Positions 25,101 through 39,019 of a DNA stretch of 64,000 nucleotides are shown here, piece by piece. Positions within the stretch are counted from its first letter, which is position 1. Every line of letters starts with the position of its first letter. Under the pieces are notes generated by a model that saw only the letters and a program-made list of their open reading frames with translations, searched no databases and was not told the origin of the DNA. Made by a program: the position numbers and the translations under genes. The DNA comes from Lama guanicoe (taxonomy: Eukaryota). The DNA lies in NCBI GenBank assembly GCA_013239625.1, contig MU054323.1:13189950-13253949 (forward strand), given 5' to 3'.

Positions 25101-26529
25101 CTGACAGTATTGAACATATTAGTAGCCGTAAAAAGTATAAAATGCTTCCTCCAATCCCAGTTAGTTCTTTCAAGCGACCAGCTCAGTTGTGGCAACTACT
25201 TTTTCAGAAGAGCATTAACTCTAAAAGCAGATACTTACCTCTCTAAGAGTAATGTATAAGCTTTTTCTTATCATTTGGGTCAAATCTTTTATAAATGATA
25301 CCACTTCATGTTGAAATCAATTTGGTAAATGTTTTAGTTTGTAAAAATTACAAAGAAAGGATTGTAGTTTATGAAAATACTTCATTTTACACCAGTGGCA
25401 GTCATTGTATGGAACATTATAATTCTGAATTAAAATATCCTTATATAGTTTCCCTAACTTCAGTGTCTGACTGGCCATAAAAGGAAAGGAGAAAGAGACA
25501 GAAGCAATACTAGAGAAGTTTCTGAAATTCTTCTTCGTATGCCCAAGTAGTTTCCCTGATGATACTTGGTTTATTTAGGAATGTTGCCAGGAGGATTTGG
25601 AAATTTTTCTAGTCCTGATAAATGATGATAGTTTTAATTTACTTTTTCTTCCATGTCTCTGATTTTTATCCTGTACAAAATCTAGACCTCTGATTGTTTT
25701 ATTGTGGTAACTGAGTATTAGAGTATACACTAGGATGTTTCAAAAGTCAACTGTGTCTAAGTCTGAGCTACATCTCAGGAGAGTTAATTAGAAACACATT
25801 CATGGGCCAGTACTGAGGATTAAAAGGAATTATCTTTGGGAAGTCAGTTTTGATACATATTGTCTTGATTTAATGGAATGTTCCAGATTCAGGAAGTATA
25901 TATGGAGCCCTGAGGAATGAATAGGCATATTTTAATAACCTGAACTTGACATATTAAGTTATTGAAGTTAAATGGAAGAAGACATCTTGGCTCATCTCAC
26001 CGTCCGTAATGAGTCATGTGGCTTTGAATAGCTTTAGCATTTGACTCTGCAAAGTTCTGCCATGTGATTTTAAAATGTCTGAGTAGAAACTTTTCTAAAA
26101 CAACCTCCATGTAACTGACTTTACAAATTAACCAATTCCCTCCACTCTTTAAAAGCACATTGACTGATGCCCGTGGCATGCTGAATATTCCTGACTGATG
26201 GTTCATCCGACACATTATACCTCCCATGTCGGGTAGGATGGGTACCAAGGGTCAGTTCTTTTTGTTCTTGACTGGAAATTACATCATTTAATTAAATATT
26301 ACAAAAACTGGTCAAAAATGAGTGCGAAAAGGGCTTTAACGGAAATTCAGTTGAATAATTCAGAAAGACTCATTAAAGGCAAATCACTGCTATTATATTA
26401 ACCATCAGTTTAGGGTCAGGTAAGACAGTGTTAAGGAACTGGAAAGGAAAACTACAAAGGAAGTACAAAAATCTAGAATTTGGCGTTCAACTGGCTCCAC
26501 GATTTTTTAAAAGTTTCTTAAGAAGCCCC

Positions 26530-27110
26530 ATTTGTTCATTTACTCATTCACAAAATGCTTATTAGATGCCTACCATGTGACTAGCATTTTGCTAAGCTCT
26601 AGGGATAGGCAGACGAAAGAGGCAAGGTCCCAAAGCCTCCTCCCAGGCGCTGACAACCTTTTGGGGAAGTCAGACACGCACTCAGTCACAGTGCAGTGCT
26701 GTCTGCGCCGAGCTGGCTGTGCACGTGAGCACACTGCTCTGAGACTACGTGGCAGGAGTGGGAGCTCTCAGTTCCTCTCTGGTGTCATTAGGAAAGGCTT
26801 TAGTGACGAGGTGAAGCTTAGGCAGATGCTGGAGTTGACATAGTAGGGTTAGGATGGTGAGTTGGGAGGAGGAGAGGAGAGAGCCTGTCCAGAAACGAGC
26901 ATGGTGTGCTCAGAGCAGACCAGACGTCGGTGTGACTGGAACTGAGGACAACATGAACACAACTGTGGGAAACCAGGCTGGGCAGGTAGCGAGAGCTAGA
27001 CCAGGAAGAGCCCTCCTGCCACGATTGGGTTTAGGTGTCTTCTGTTGGGGACACAGACAATCTGAAATTGTTCAGCAGGAAATTGATGTGTTTGGCTTTT
27101 AGTTTAAAGG
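26530..27110 (-). mobile_element. L2 LINE remnant
   Basis: 'catttgttcatttactcattcacaaaatgcttattagatgcctaccatgtg', 'aggaaaggctttagtgacgaggtgaagctta'. Confidence 0.65.
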
Positions 27111-28479
27111 AGCCCGGATCTCAGAAGGAATGATCCAGTAGAAACTACTTGGGAACCTCTTCACTGTCACCTAGCGTGTGACCATATCCATAAACCACCT
27201 CCTGGTTCCCGCCAGACATTCTCATCCCTCTCTGTGCATGGGTACGAGAACCAAAAACAGGGTGCTGTGTCCAGTAAGAAACCTTTAAACCTAACACATT
27301 GTAGAATTGAAACTTGTGATGCAGTCTTACAACTTTTTAATACTCAGTGTTTGTAGAAAGCCCCTCTTTTACCTCTAACTTCAGTTACTTCACTGAGGCC
27401 TATAAATCTAAAAGTTTGCACAAAGAAGTGAAAAATCAGTTTTGTTTTTTTTTTCTGACTGAAGCAGAAACTGATCTCATTGTGACAGCAATTATCAGAT
27501 GATTATCCAGTCCATTTTGGTGGTGGATTGGGGCAATCTATCTACACCTATGCGTATATCCTTTCGCCTACGTGTGAAAGCTTGAACCACATCACTGTTG
27601 GGGATCGTTTACCCACCAGTGTAGAAAAGCTTGTAAACTGGTTTTCCCTGTGCATTTCTGTCTTATGTGGAGGTTTTAAGGCCGCAACCTGCCCGGGCTC
27701 CTTAGTATGTAAAGAAGGCATTAGGAGTGTGTTTTCCCGCCTCAGGGCTTTCCAGTTCAGATATGAAGATATGAGGCTGACTTTCTCAAATGCGTGTCCC
27801 GTCAGCAGCTAGGCAGGATATTCTGTATTCTTTGCACAGGATCCTTTCCTAATCATGGTGACTGTGATGCCTGGCACTGCACCCGGTGTCACCTTCCTGT
27901 ATGCTGCTTGGTGACAGCTCGCTTCTCAGGAGGAGAACACGGAAAGGGATCCCTGCTCTCGAAAAGTAATAGAAGACCACGATGGAGAAATAGGCTTCGC
28001 CTGGGGTGGTATAGTTAGGTGGGAGCCATGGGAAAGTAATGATCCGTGGAGGGTGGGAATGAAAGGAAGCCGTAGCCGGGCCATGCAGATTTGTGTTTAT
28101 AGTAGTGGTTCCCAAACACTGTCTACCCAGAATTTATCCCTTTTGGCATCCGACTGAATTTTACAGACCCCATTTCGTTTTATTACCCAGTGAGTTTCTT
28201 CTTTCATGTCTCGTGGGGAATGCTGCTCTGCTTTTGTGTTGGTCCTGGGCCTCCGCTCTCTTACCCTTCATTCCTCCCCTGTCCTCTCATCCTAAATTCC
28301 ACCCTGAACGGCCCCTTTTTTCCGCCACATGGTATTTTTTTTTTCTACCCTTTTATGTCTTCCCTCTTTTGAAAACTTCCATTCAAAATAATTTAGCTTT
28401 AAAAAAAAAGTGGGAAAGGAAGTTTTATTTAATAACTAATATTAAGCTATTTAGATTGCAATTTGAACCAAAATGAGTG

Positions 28480-29130
28480 ATAATCCATGTTTATATACTG
28501 GGTAAAAACTCCAGATGGAACAAGTTAAGTAATTAAGCAAGAAAGAGATGAAAATAATCTAAAGAGCTAACGTGAACTAGCTTATGTATCAGACGCTTGG
28601 AGGGACAGCAGCTTCTAAAGGAAGGAAACAGAACATTATAGAGAAAAGAACTTAAAAACTTAATTATACAGAGGGAATAAAGCGTGTGTATCCATACACA
28701 CTAAGCCAAAATGAACAGGAAATACATTTACAAAGCTATTTTCATAACCAGGACAAATAAGATCTTAGAATCCATTGTCCCTAAAAATCATCGTTAAAGT
28801 GATTTTTTTAATCATTAAAATTCTAAGGGATAGGTAAAATATAAAGAAAAAGCTAGTTCAAACAAGAGAACATAAAAACAGTAACAAAAATACATAGGGA
28901 AAGTGTTAAAAATCTTTAATAAATAGACATGCAAAGTCAACACTGTGTGTAATCTGATAGCAGGTACAATATTATGGCTCAGAAGTTATTTAGAAATTAT
29001 TAAACTGGTGGTAATATTTTAAAACAAAATCCAGTTTTGACAGGATGTGGATTTGGATATGTTCACATACTGCTTCTGATGTTAATAATTGATAAACTCT
29101 TTCTAGAAGATTCAGCTGTTGTTATACTCA
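28480..29130 (+). mobile_element. Old L1M (ORF2 region) remnant
   Basis: A-rich strand bias; 'aaaaactccagatggaac', 'ctttaataaatagacatgcaaagtcaacac', 'ttcacatactgcttctgatg'. Confidence 0.45.
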
Positions 29131-29309
29131 GCAATTCAGCATCTCCTCATCAGATTCTGGGAGCAGAGCAGGGAATAATGTGCAAGGTGCTGCATCACCT
29201 GATCACCTGACTGGTTGTAGGGACATGCACATCCTTGCCAATATGCTGGTTTGTTTCCCCATTTTGTATGTTCCCATTGTACCCTCATCCGGGAGTCGAT
29301 GCTAATGGC

Positions 29310-29540
29310 TGACGTTTGCTGAGTCTTACAATGTGCTGAGTTCTAAGTGCTTTGAATATATGACCTCATTCAAGCCACACAGCAAGCATGTGAGCTGGGT
29401 ACAATTTTTAATCCTCATTTGATAGGTGAAGAAATGGGGGAAAGAGAAATGTTGGATAACTTGCCCAAGGTTCTACCACTAACAGATGATGAAACTGGGA
29501 TTCACACCCCTTGGAGATCTGGTCCAGGCCTTGCTCTCAG
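29310..29540. mobile_element. MIR remnant
   Basis: 'cctcattttgataggtgaagaaatggg...ataacttgcccaaggtt...gaactgggattcacaccc'. Confidence 0.7.
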
Positions 29541-31149
29541 TGCCCGTACTCCTGTCCTCCTTATGATGAGACGGTTACATGGTGTAATTGGCTTGTGTGT
29601 TTTACTCTTCATTGTATCACCTAGCACATGGCCTGTTGCACACTAAGCAGTCAACCAGTGTTAGTTGAATGCATGAGGAAAGAATGATTAAGAAAGATAA
29701 AACTGCATACTGAAGGATGTTCCTTGTAGCCATATCTGTAATAGTTCAAAAGAAATGCAGACAATCTGAATAAACAAAGGAATGGCTATGTAATTTACCA
29801 TCTGTCAGCTTAATGGAACAGTACGTAGCTGTTCAGGCTCTGTAGCAGTTTATACCATGCAGCAGTGTCATGGCTATGTACTGACAAGAGAGTGCAGAAG
29901 TGAACTGTAGTCATTCTAACTATAACCTGGATGTCCCTCTAGGCATTATCAGATTGTGGGTATAGATAATATGGTGGTAATGATAAACCCTAAGCCCTTG
30001 CCTGCTTACACAGAACTTTCATCCCCACTGCACCCCTTGGAAGAGTGTCTGAGGGTCCCAAAGTCTGCTTGTTCCCCTCCCTGCTCAGTGCTGGTGAGCT
30101 GCAGTCACCACACAGTGTCTGCCCAGGTCTTCCTGCCCAGACCCTTCGAGGGCCACTGCAGATGGAGCCCGGGAGAGAGGGCTTGCCCTGCCCTGTGGAA
30201 GGCTGCTCTGCAGGACACCCAGCTCTGTGCCTGCCTGACCTCTCTGCACACGCAGAGAGGTGCTTGGGAGCCTGTGGAACTGTGAGAACAACTCTTTCTC
30301 TTACCTGACCCGCTCGAGGGCCCCAAACCCAGATTCTCCTTATGCACAGTCTGTCACAAAGGCGATGAGATGACGGAAGGTAAGAGCTGGGAGGGCATGG
30401 ATTTTGGTCTGCCTTGTCTACTGATGTTTGCCAAGGGCCCAAAACAGTGCTTGGCCAGGGCAGATATATAACAAATTGGCACTGAATGAGCCAACACCAA
30501 GTTTTGAGCTTCTAGCCTTCACTTCTCACCTTACTGGAACTCAGGGGACAGGTGGGACAGATGATAGGCCTGCAGAGTGCAATGATGGGCATATTCTGTG
30601 TCATTCAGCCAATGTTGCTCAGTTCCTTTTCCATTTCATCATTCTTGCCTCTACCTCTGCTTTTGCTCTGTCCGTGCCTCAGAAAATTCTTGCATTCTTC
30701 TGTTTAAAAAAAGAATTCCTGATATGTTTTAGCTCATGCATTTGGATCCCTGGAAGAGTTCACGAGTGTACCTGATTTGCTCCTGGCCAAACCCTCCATC
30801 TAAGTTCGCGCTCCATTAGCACATGTGGTGACCAATTATGAAAAATGTTTGTTTCTATGGAAGAAGAATGAAGAAGGACTTGGGTCAGGTCTGTTGGGTG
30901 AGACTTGAGGGACATCTCTTGGTCCTTCCATCTTAAGAGCTATGCGGAAAAGAGCACTGGACCAGGGGACCCTGGGCTTTTTTCCCATTTCTGTCACAAC
31001 CTGGCCATGAATCCTAAGTACACACGGTCTCTGTGGGTCACTCTTTGTAGAATAAGGCAGTTAAATTGGGTTATGTGGCAGGTCCTCTCTAGTGTCTCTG
31101 AAAACGGTGGTACTTTATGGAGCGCCATTTGAAAACTACTGCTTTTGTA

Positions 31150-31624
31150 CAGTTGGTCCCCAGATTACAGTGGGGTGACATACTTTACGATGGGGCGGAA
31201 GCCATATGCATTTGGTAAAAACCATACTTTGAATTTTGAAATTTTGCTGTTTTCCTGGTCTGGTGATGTACAGTAGGACCCTCTGTTACTAGGCGGGGCA
31301 GTGGCCGTGATCTGCAGCTGCCAGTCAGCCACACCATCACGAGGGCAAATAGCCAGTATATGCACACACAACCGTTGGGATGTTCACTTTCAGTACAGTA
31401 TTCAGTCAGTTAAATGAGATGGTAAAATTACAAAACTTCATTATAAAATTGGCTCTGTGTTAGACAATGTTGCCCAACTGTAAATCTTCTGAGCACAGTT
31501 AAGGTAGGCGAAGCTAAGCTAGAGTGATTGGTAGGTTAGACTAAATACATTTTTGACTTCTGATATTCTTGACCGAAGATGGGTTTATTGGGACATAACC
31601 CCATTTTAATTCGAGGAGGATCTG
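31150..31624 (-). mobile_element. TcMar-Tigger non-autonomous element (MER47/Tigger5-like) with TA target duplication
   Basis: ta|cagttggtcccc...gaggaggatctg|ta termini; internal 'gatgggtttattgggacataacccc', 'aaggtaggcgaagctaagcta', 'ttgcccaactgta'. Confidence 0.8.
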
Positions 31625-33589
31625 TATCTGCTGAAGTTAAACCACATCAGAGAAAAATGACGAGTGTTAAAAGAGGTAAATGTTGCATTTTTTTTCCATC
31701 TAGAATTTTTAGGGAATTTATGTTAACAATTTTTGATTGAGTTCTTGTCTGTAAAACACTGTGCTGTGAAATATGGGGGATGCAGAGATAAAAATATCAT
31801 GGCCTCTTTTCTACCACACTCAAAATCCAAGAACAAAAAAAGCAAGACAGATTTGTTTCGTGACACAGAAATTATATTAGATGCCCCCAAATTGGCAAAT
31901 GATTCTAGGATTCTTTCTTCTTACTCAGCCTCCTCCTTTCTTTGAAGCAAAATTTCTTTTTTGGAGGCCATATTTGGACCACACTTGAAAGAGCTGCAAG
32001 AATTTGGACCGGCCATGAAGTCAGAAGCTTTCGGTGCAGTATTTGTGTTCTTAAGTCAGATACATATGTCAAGATTTTGACTTTGCAAATATTTTAAAAC
32101 TCTAAATTTAGGTTCAGCTCAAATCCTATCCAGAAGGCTCCGGAATAAATAAATAACAAGCAGATTTTCCTGAATTTGGTGAGTGTGAATGTGGTCTCTA
32201 GACCAAATATGCACCAAGGGTGCCATAAGTTTTTTAAACTTATTTTTTATGTTACTCTATCTAGTTTAAGTAGTCTTAATTGATTTTTGAGAAAGCATTT
32301 TGCAGTGGTATTAAAGAAAATGCTAGGCTGCAATAGTTAAAATGGCATTGTGTCTTGAAGCTAGCTGCAGTGATAACCACTGTAAAAGGTGTGGTCTTTG
32401 GGGATAAAGCATGCCGTAATTTTTATGAAACCTGTCTCACTGTCCGTGAGTGGACAGCAGTATCATTTCCCCAATTTAGTGTGTTCACATAACTGTCCTA
32501 AGTGAAGCTAGCTTTTCCTAAACTTCTGAGCTTTTTATTAACTGCGTTGTCACTAAGTAGGAAACTTAGATTTGAGTCAGTGCTGATTATACAGTAAAAT
32601 AAAAAAAAAAAGCACACCACTTAGGGGATTAACTCTACTCCCTTCTGTATAAATTACAAATGACTAGACCTCTTTTTGTTCCTATTTTAAAATTTAAATC
32701 CTGTCAATCACGTTAGATGAGGAAACCTGAATTTCACCATTTACCAACTCGGTCAGAGTTTTGAGAATCATAATTTCAGGAACAGACAAGAACCTGTGGG
32801 TTATACCATTGTGCCACCCCCTTTTGCAGAGGGGAACACAGTAATCGACAAAGTGAATTGATTGGCCCAGTGTCCCAAGATGTGTGGGATCCGTGTGTTT
32901 ACTCTGCAAGCCTGCAAAGGTTGCTGTGTTAGTCCCGTGGGTGAAAGAGCCCTGGGTTTGGGAATTACTGAGAGGGAGCTTTCCGGGCGAAGGGTGAAAA
33001 AGTGGAATCTGGTGATGTGCTTGATACAGAAAGCCCCTTAGGCTGTGCAGAGCATAAAACTAGATCACACTAGACAGCCCCCAGCTATGGTGAGGCTGTG
33101 ATCACTGAGCAGAAAGCCATAAACAAAGCTGAGATGATGAATGGCCTCGTCCCAAATTGGAAGCTCTGGTGCGCGTGTGGGTGGTAGGGCTTCCTATCTC
33201 TTGGGTTATAAACAACGTGCTATCCAAGCATTTGTTAATGTGCACCCGCATTTAAAATTAGATTCGTGGAATTTTTGTTTGTATTAAGGTTGAGGTTTTG
33301 CATTTGTTGAAATGTACGTTTCCTTTAATTCTAGTCCAGTGTACTTTCATATTTGCTGGACAGGGATGGGATGAAATTAGTCATCTTAATTTCCAGAGCA
33401 GATAAAACAAAGAGATTCTCTGTGGCAGAAATGTGTTTGGTGGGTGCATTTTTAGCTCTTCTGGAAGCCTTTTCCTTTTGCCCCAAGATTTCTTGGGACT
33501 CTTGTTTCTTCCTTTCACATGTGCTAGTCTCTTCTCTCACACAGTAAAAAAGAAAAAAATTCCTCTTACTTTTTCTCCCCCCCAATGCC

Positions 33590-34255
33590 CCCCAACACAA
33601 TGGAAATGTATCCTCGCACAGTTCTGGAGACCAGAAGGTCAAAATCAAAGTGGAGGCAGGGCCCTGCTGCTCCCTCTGGAGGCTCTAGAGGAGAGTCCCG
33701 TCCGGGCCCCTACCCCTCTTCTCTTGGCTGTTGCTGTTCCTTGACTTCAGCTGCATCCTTCCCTTCTCTGCATTGGTCAAGGTCACAGGTGGCATGGCCT
33801 CTTTTTCTCTTCTCAAATCTCCCTGGGGCCTCACTCTGACAGAGACATTGTCATTGAAATAAGAGTTCATTGGAGATTTGCAAATATTAACTACTACATA
33901 TAAAAATAGATAAAAAGCCAAATTTATTCTGTCTAGCAGAGGGAACTATATTCAATATCTCATAATAACCTATAATGGAAAAGAATATGAAAAGGAGTAT
34001 ATTTATGTATACGTACGACTGAAACATTATGCTGTACACCAGAAATTGACACATTATAACTGACTGTACTTCAATTTTAAAAAAAAGTTCATCTGGATAA
34101 TTCAGGATTATGTGCTGCCTCTCAGGATTCATAATCCCCTTTGTTTTGCCATGTAAGGTGGTATTCACTCATCTCCCACATGAAGTTAAATTCACAGATT
34201 CCGGGCTTTAGGACATGGACGTATCTTTTGGGAGATTGCTATTCAGCCTACTACA
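33590..34255 (-). mobile_element. MLT1 (MaLR) solo LTR, MLT1D/E-like, split by an L1 insertion
   Basis: 'cacagttctggagaccagaaggtcaaaatcaa', 'ttttgccatgtaaggt', 'ttaggacatggacgtatctttt...attcagcctactaca'. Confidence 0.8.
33871..34086 (+). mobile_element. Younger 5'-truncated L1 3' end (artiodactyl/camelid type)
   Basis: 'gggaactatattcaatatct...ataatggaaaagaatatgaaaa...atgctgtacaccagaaattgacac...acttcaa' + A tail; 'agttcat' duplicated on both sides. Confidence 0.85.
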
Positions 34256-35071
34256 ATTTATCACGCCTGTATATAATTGATACAAAGAATTTTTTTAAAA
34301 AATCATCTTACCTATAGAATATCTATTCAGTGAGTTTTAAATGAAACCTTCCAGAATTTAACTTCAGTCTGGCTAAATCATTATCCAGAAATGTAAAATG
34401 AGGTCCAGGAACTCAAAGCCAAGTTCACAGTGAACATTTCATATGTGTATAATAGATGATTCTACCTGTCCCTCGTTCTTTACCTTCCCCAGATTCTGTC
34501 TCCTGTGATTCTTAATCTGTGCTGGTCCTAAGTTCTAACTTACTTAGAGGTTTTCTGTTTTACTGTATCTGCTTTATAGGCCGCCCTGTATCCTTGTGGA
34601 AAGAAACAGGAATCTGGCCCTGGTCTGTCACTCCACCCAGCTTTTCTCACTTCCTCTCTTCCTCTGACATTCCCGCCACCCAAGCCTCCTTTCACTTTCT
34701 GGATCTTTCTAACCCAGTCTCACCTCAAGGTCGTAGCTCCTCTTACTTCTTGTGCTGCAGACATTTCTTTTGCAAACTTTCACATCACGAGATTCTTCTC
34801 CCTTTAGGTTTAGGTGAAATGTCACTTCTTTGCTCCAGACCACTGTATCTCAGATGTGTTCTTGGTTCTGCCTGGGACTCGGTATAAGTTAGCAAACTGA
34901 TCATCAAGAATTGGCTGTCAGCAGTTCTGTAGCAGAGCAATGGCAAATTTCTGCTTTCAGTAAAAAACGCAAGCCTTGATTTTAGTAATGCCTACTAATC
35001 TCTGTGCTGCCTTCCTTGGTGCATGTGAAGGATTAGGCGTCCTCTGTCCTTGCTTCAGGAGAATGTGACCT

Positions 35072-35271
35072 ACTATGTATAAAACAGATAAACAAGGACC
35101 TACTGTATAGCACAGAGAACTGTATTCCATTTCTTGTAATGAGCTGTAATGGAAAAGAATCTGAAAAAATACATACATATAAGTATGTATAACTGAATTG
35201 CTTTGCTGTACACTTGAAACCAACATTGTAAATTGACTACACTTCAATAAAAAGTAAGAATTAAAAAAAAA
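35072..35271 (+). mobile_element. 5'-truncated L1 3' end with TSD
   Basis: 'aacaaggacctactgtatagcacagagaact...tgctgtacacttgaaac...acttcaataaaaa'; gtgacct at 35065-35071 and 35272-35278. Confidence 0.85.
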
Positions 35272-37115
35272 GTGACCTCTATCTTGGCTTTCAGTTCCAG
35301 TTGTTATATTTCAGGGGACTTTTGTGGTGGAGGAACCTCAGGGAGGTGATTCATACTGAATTAAAAAGGCAAGCATGCAGGTTTTTAAAAAGAGGGATAG
35401 GTTCTTAAAATGAGCAGTAGTTTGCTGCAGCATGTAATTATTATCTGACATATTTTGTTACCTGAAAACTTTAAACAGCTGCATTATTAACCCACTTCCT
35501 GGCTGAACAGAATCTAAAGGTACCCTTTAGAAGAGGGTGATGTAGGTGTGTTGCGGGGGAAAATAAAGTGATAACTTGTACTTTCTAAAAATAATACAGC
35601 TCTTGTTTCACCCTGCAAGGGGTATCAATAAAATGCTGAGAGCCTTTAAGGAAATATTATTCTCTTAATCAGAGGTGAGTGGGGAAGCTGAAGTAGCTAT
35701 TCAAACCAAAATCATGTGTGTGTCTGTTCTGTGAAATGACAGATGTAGGTTTTCCTTCAGTTGGAGGTTTGTTTGCCCTGTTCTGCCTTAGCCACAATAA
35801 CTTGAAACAGTCTGTGCTCTGGCACACATAGGAAGCAGGGTCGAGGGGCGGGCAGAAGGGCCAGGATGTTGATGTAGGAAAAGTCGAGTACATTCTTAGA
35901 GTGCCTTTCAGGGACAAGCTGCTGAAATATTTTTATAGTCAGCTAAGATAACAGGGAAGAGTGAGAATCTAGCTTTTTATAGTGCGAATCTGTAGAAAAT
36001 TCAGTTTTCCCATGTGTGTATACAAGTCAGTTTCTGTTCATTTAAGCTAAGTTCCAGTTTGTGGCATAGACGGTGAATATTCTCATGTCAGCCCAGGTTC
36101 TCCAGTTATGCGAGGTGTTTTGCAGACCATCGTGAATGCAGAAAGGCTGGGCATATTTAAACCCTCCAACTTTTTCTCCCAGCCTGGATCCTTTTTGCTC
36201 ATTGTGGCCTTTTATAGCCATACCTTGAGATCCTTGGAGTCGTGGTCACGAAGTGACTCTGGAATAATAGGCTGAAGGCCCCTGGACCTCTTGTTATTTG
36301 CAGTGGGTCCCAGGTGACCATATGATGCAATATGGTGAATTATGGAGATGGCCAGCGAGATGTCAGGCTGACATGGTTGTGGAGTTTCTCATCCAGCGTT
36401 CTGCATTACACCTTCCTAATGTATGTTCTAAAATATATGTGCCATAGCTAGGCTTAAAACCAGCATACCACAGGCTTCTCAAGTCAGCCTTAGAGATAAC
36501 TTACTTTTTCCTCTTCTTGTGCTGAGAAAGTTTTATAGAACACTGGCAGCACGGACGATACATCACCAGGTGATGTTTTGAGAGTGGCATGAATTTTGAA
36601 ACAGAAAGAAACTATTCATAGTTAAATCCTTAACTCTTGTAGGTTGATTTTAAATTTGTTTTCTTTGATATAAACGACTAGCTTTAAAAAGATCACCTGC
36701 CACAAAGGACTCAATGCACAGTGAGCTGGGACAAAGAACTTTATATTGTAATTTAGATTTTGTCAAAATGCTGGAACAGGAGAATGGGTATTCTATTTCT
36801 CATTCAGAAATGGTTATAAATAGTGGTCTGTTATTGGTTGGAATAAATCAAGCAAACGTTGTTTCCTTTATGGCTGGAGAGACAGAGGGTTATTGGAGTT
36901 TTGTTCTGGGATTATTGCTGTATCCACGTAGACCAGTACAGTCCTTGAAACATTTGTATGGAAGCTATCTCAGGGGTTTAAAAATAGATTTAAACAAAAC
37001 TAATTAAATTCATGTTAGAGTTCAAAATCTGCTATTGATACTAGAAATAAGTCCACTGCTTTGTTTAAAAACAACAAAGATGGTCACGTAGATAAAGTTC
37101 TTTTAGTACAGATTA

Positions 37116-37987
37116 TAGGTAGTCCTCTTTGCATGGTGGTGCAGGACCATAAGAATGACCGTGCAAGCTATAACTCCAAAACAGTCTTAATAATCGTTGG
37201 GGAAATCACTAGTTCCATGAACTTAAAAAAATTTTTTGTCAAAACACTAAAATCTTTACTGTAGGTATATATGTATAGGGAAAGGAGAAAAATAGTAAAG
37301 GTAATATTTATCTAGTGCCCTGTAATTTAAAATGTTAGAAACACTGAGAATTAAAGTGTTGATATTTCTCTGAGTAGAGTTTATCAAGAGTGGTCTGAAC
37401 ATTTTCTCTCTCTTCTCATTCAACCTATGTGAAGTATCTTTTCTTTACCTTAGTGAACTCTTAGACTCCTTTCCAAGTTGGGATCAGCTTTCAACCTCTT
37501 ACCCTTTGTGCTTTCAAAGTTGTGGAGTATCTGAAAGTCCCTTTAATGTAACTTCCTTGGGGACATCTTAATCCTACATCACAACCACTTTCCAGTTTCT
37601 CAGTGTTACCACTTTTCACTTCGTTGCTGCCCTTTTTTTGTTGGTCCTTTTGGTTATCCACTTCTGTGAAATGTTGTGGGGTTTATCAGTGCAAAATGGT
37701 GAGGCACCACCACTATCTGCTTTTCTGTCTGTGCATAAACTGAATCATGGATAGGCCGGGATCAGTCATCACCAACAGACTCTGAAGGAAGTGACGTGGT
37801 TCCTGATCATGATACACGTCTGTTATTTATGTAGTGATTTGGGGACCAAAGAGTGAACAGTGAAGTTTGTTCCTGGTTAATATTGTGGCAACAGAAATTT
37901 GAACTGTGCTGTTGGGGGACTGGTGTTACTTCACTGTGTGAACTGAAATTCATGCATTTTGGAACCATGCAGAGTGAGGAGTGCTCG
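37116..37987 (-). mobile_element. TcMar-Tigger element (Tigger6-like), internally deleted
   Basis: Imperfect TIRs ta|taggtagtcctctttgcatggt ... accatgcagagtgaggagtgctcg|ta, flanked by TA. Confidence 0.7.
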
Positions 37988-39019
37988 TACTCCAGTCCTT
38001 AATTATTTGCAGTACATTCAAATCTTGGCCAGGCTTCCTATGCCCATTGAATCCATCCAGTTTGGCCACGCCGTGATTTAGAAGTTCAGTTCAGAATTGG
38101 ACTGGGAGTTAGGAAGGCTTTGACTCAGCCTCTGAGTCAGCTTTGGCTCTTCTTCTTACCTGGCAGATCGGGCGCTGAAGGAAACATTCCAGACCTCATC
38201 TAGTGTGAGCAGTTTCGTCTTGATCTGCCACATAGTCAGACCCTGTACATAGTTCTAGGTGGTCACCTTGGTCGTTTTTTCCAGCTCCTTCATTTCTCCT
38301 TCACTGTCTCCCTTTCTTCAGCCCACTGTTGACTTCCTGTGTCCCATCTCCATGTTGTCCTGATTGCCTGTCTATTATATTACTTCATGTTTCTTTCAAT
38401 TCTTGTTGCCATCGTCCCAATCCATGTGTTTTTCAACTTGTCGTTCAGTTATTTTAATAGTCTCCCATCTGACTTTTCCACCTAGGTCACTCTCCTTCCC
38501 AGCTGAGGCCACAAGCCATTGCAAGAGTAATCTTTCTGGAAAATTCTCTCCTTGAAGTTTCCAAAATAATTTACTAATTACAGAATAAAATCCAAACTCT
38601 TTGTGAAGCCTTTATCCATTGTCTGACTCAAGCCTGCATCTCCCAGTTGGTTGTCTGATCCCTCCCCTCAGGAACCTAGGGTTTCAACAAGACAGGCTTT
38701 CTCATTATCTCCCAAATAGGCCTCCCTTCCTTTTTTACACACACTATCTTCCTAGGATACTGTCCTTTTGTCTTTTTGAATCCTGCCCAGCTTCCAAGAC
38801 TTATCCCAAATGGTCTCTCCTGTAAAGTCTACTTTGACTTTCCAGAAAGGACTTTTCTTTTCTCTGAAGTTCTACAGGATTTACATTTTATATTTTCCCA
38901 CTATTGCTTATTTGCTGATCTGTATTTTTAGTTACCATGTATTATCTACTATCCCCAGTTAGCTCTTACAGTCTCCCTTAGTCCTAGGATGGTATTTGGC
39001 AAACGGGTAGCCATAAATC

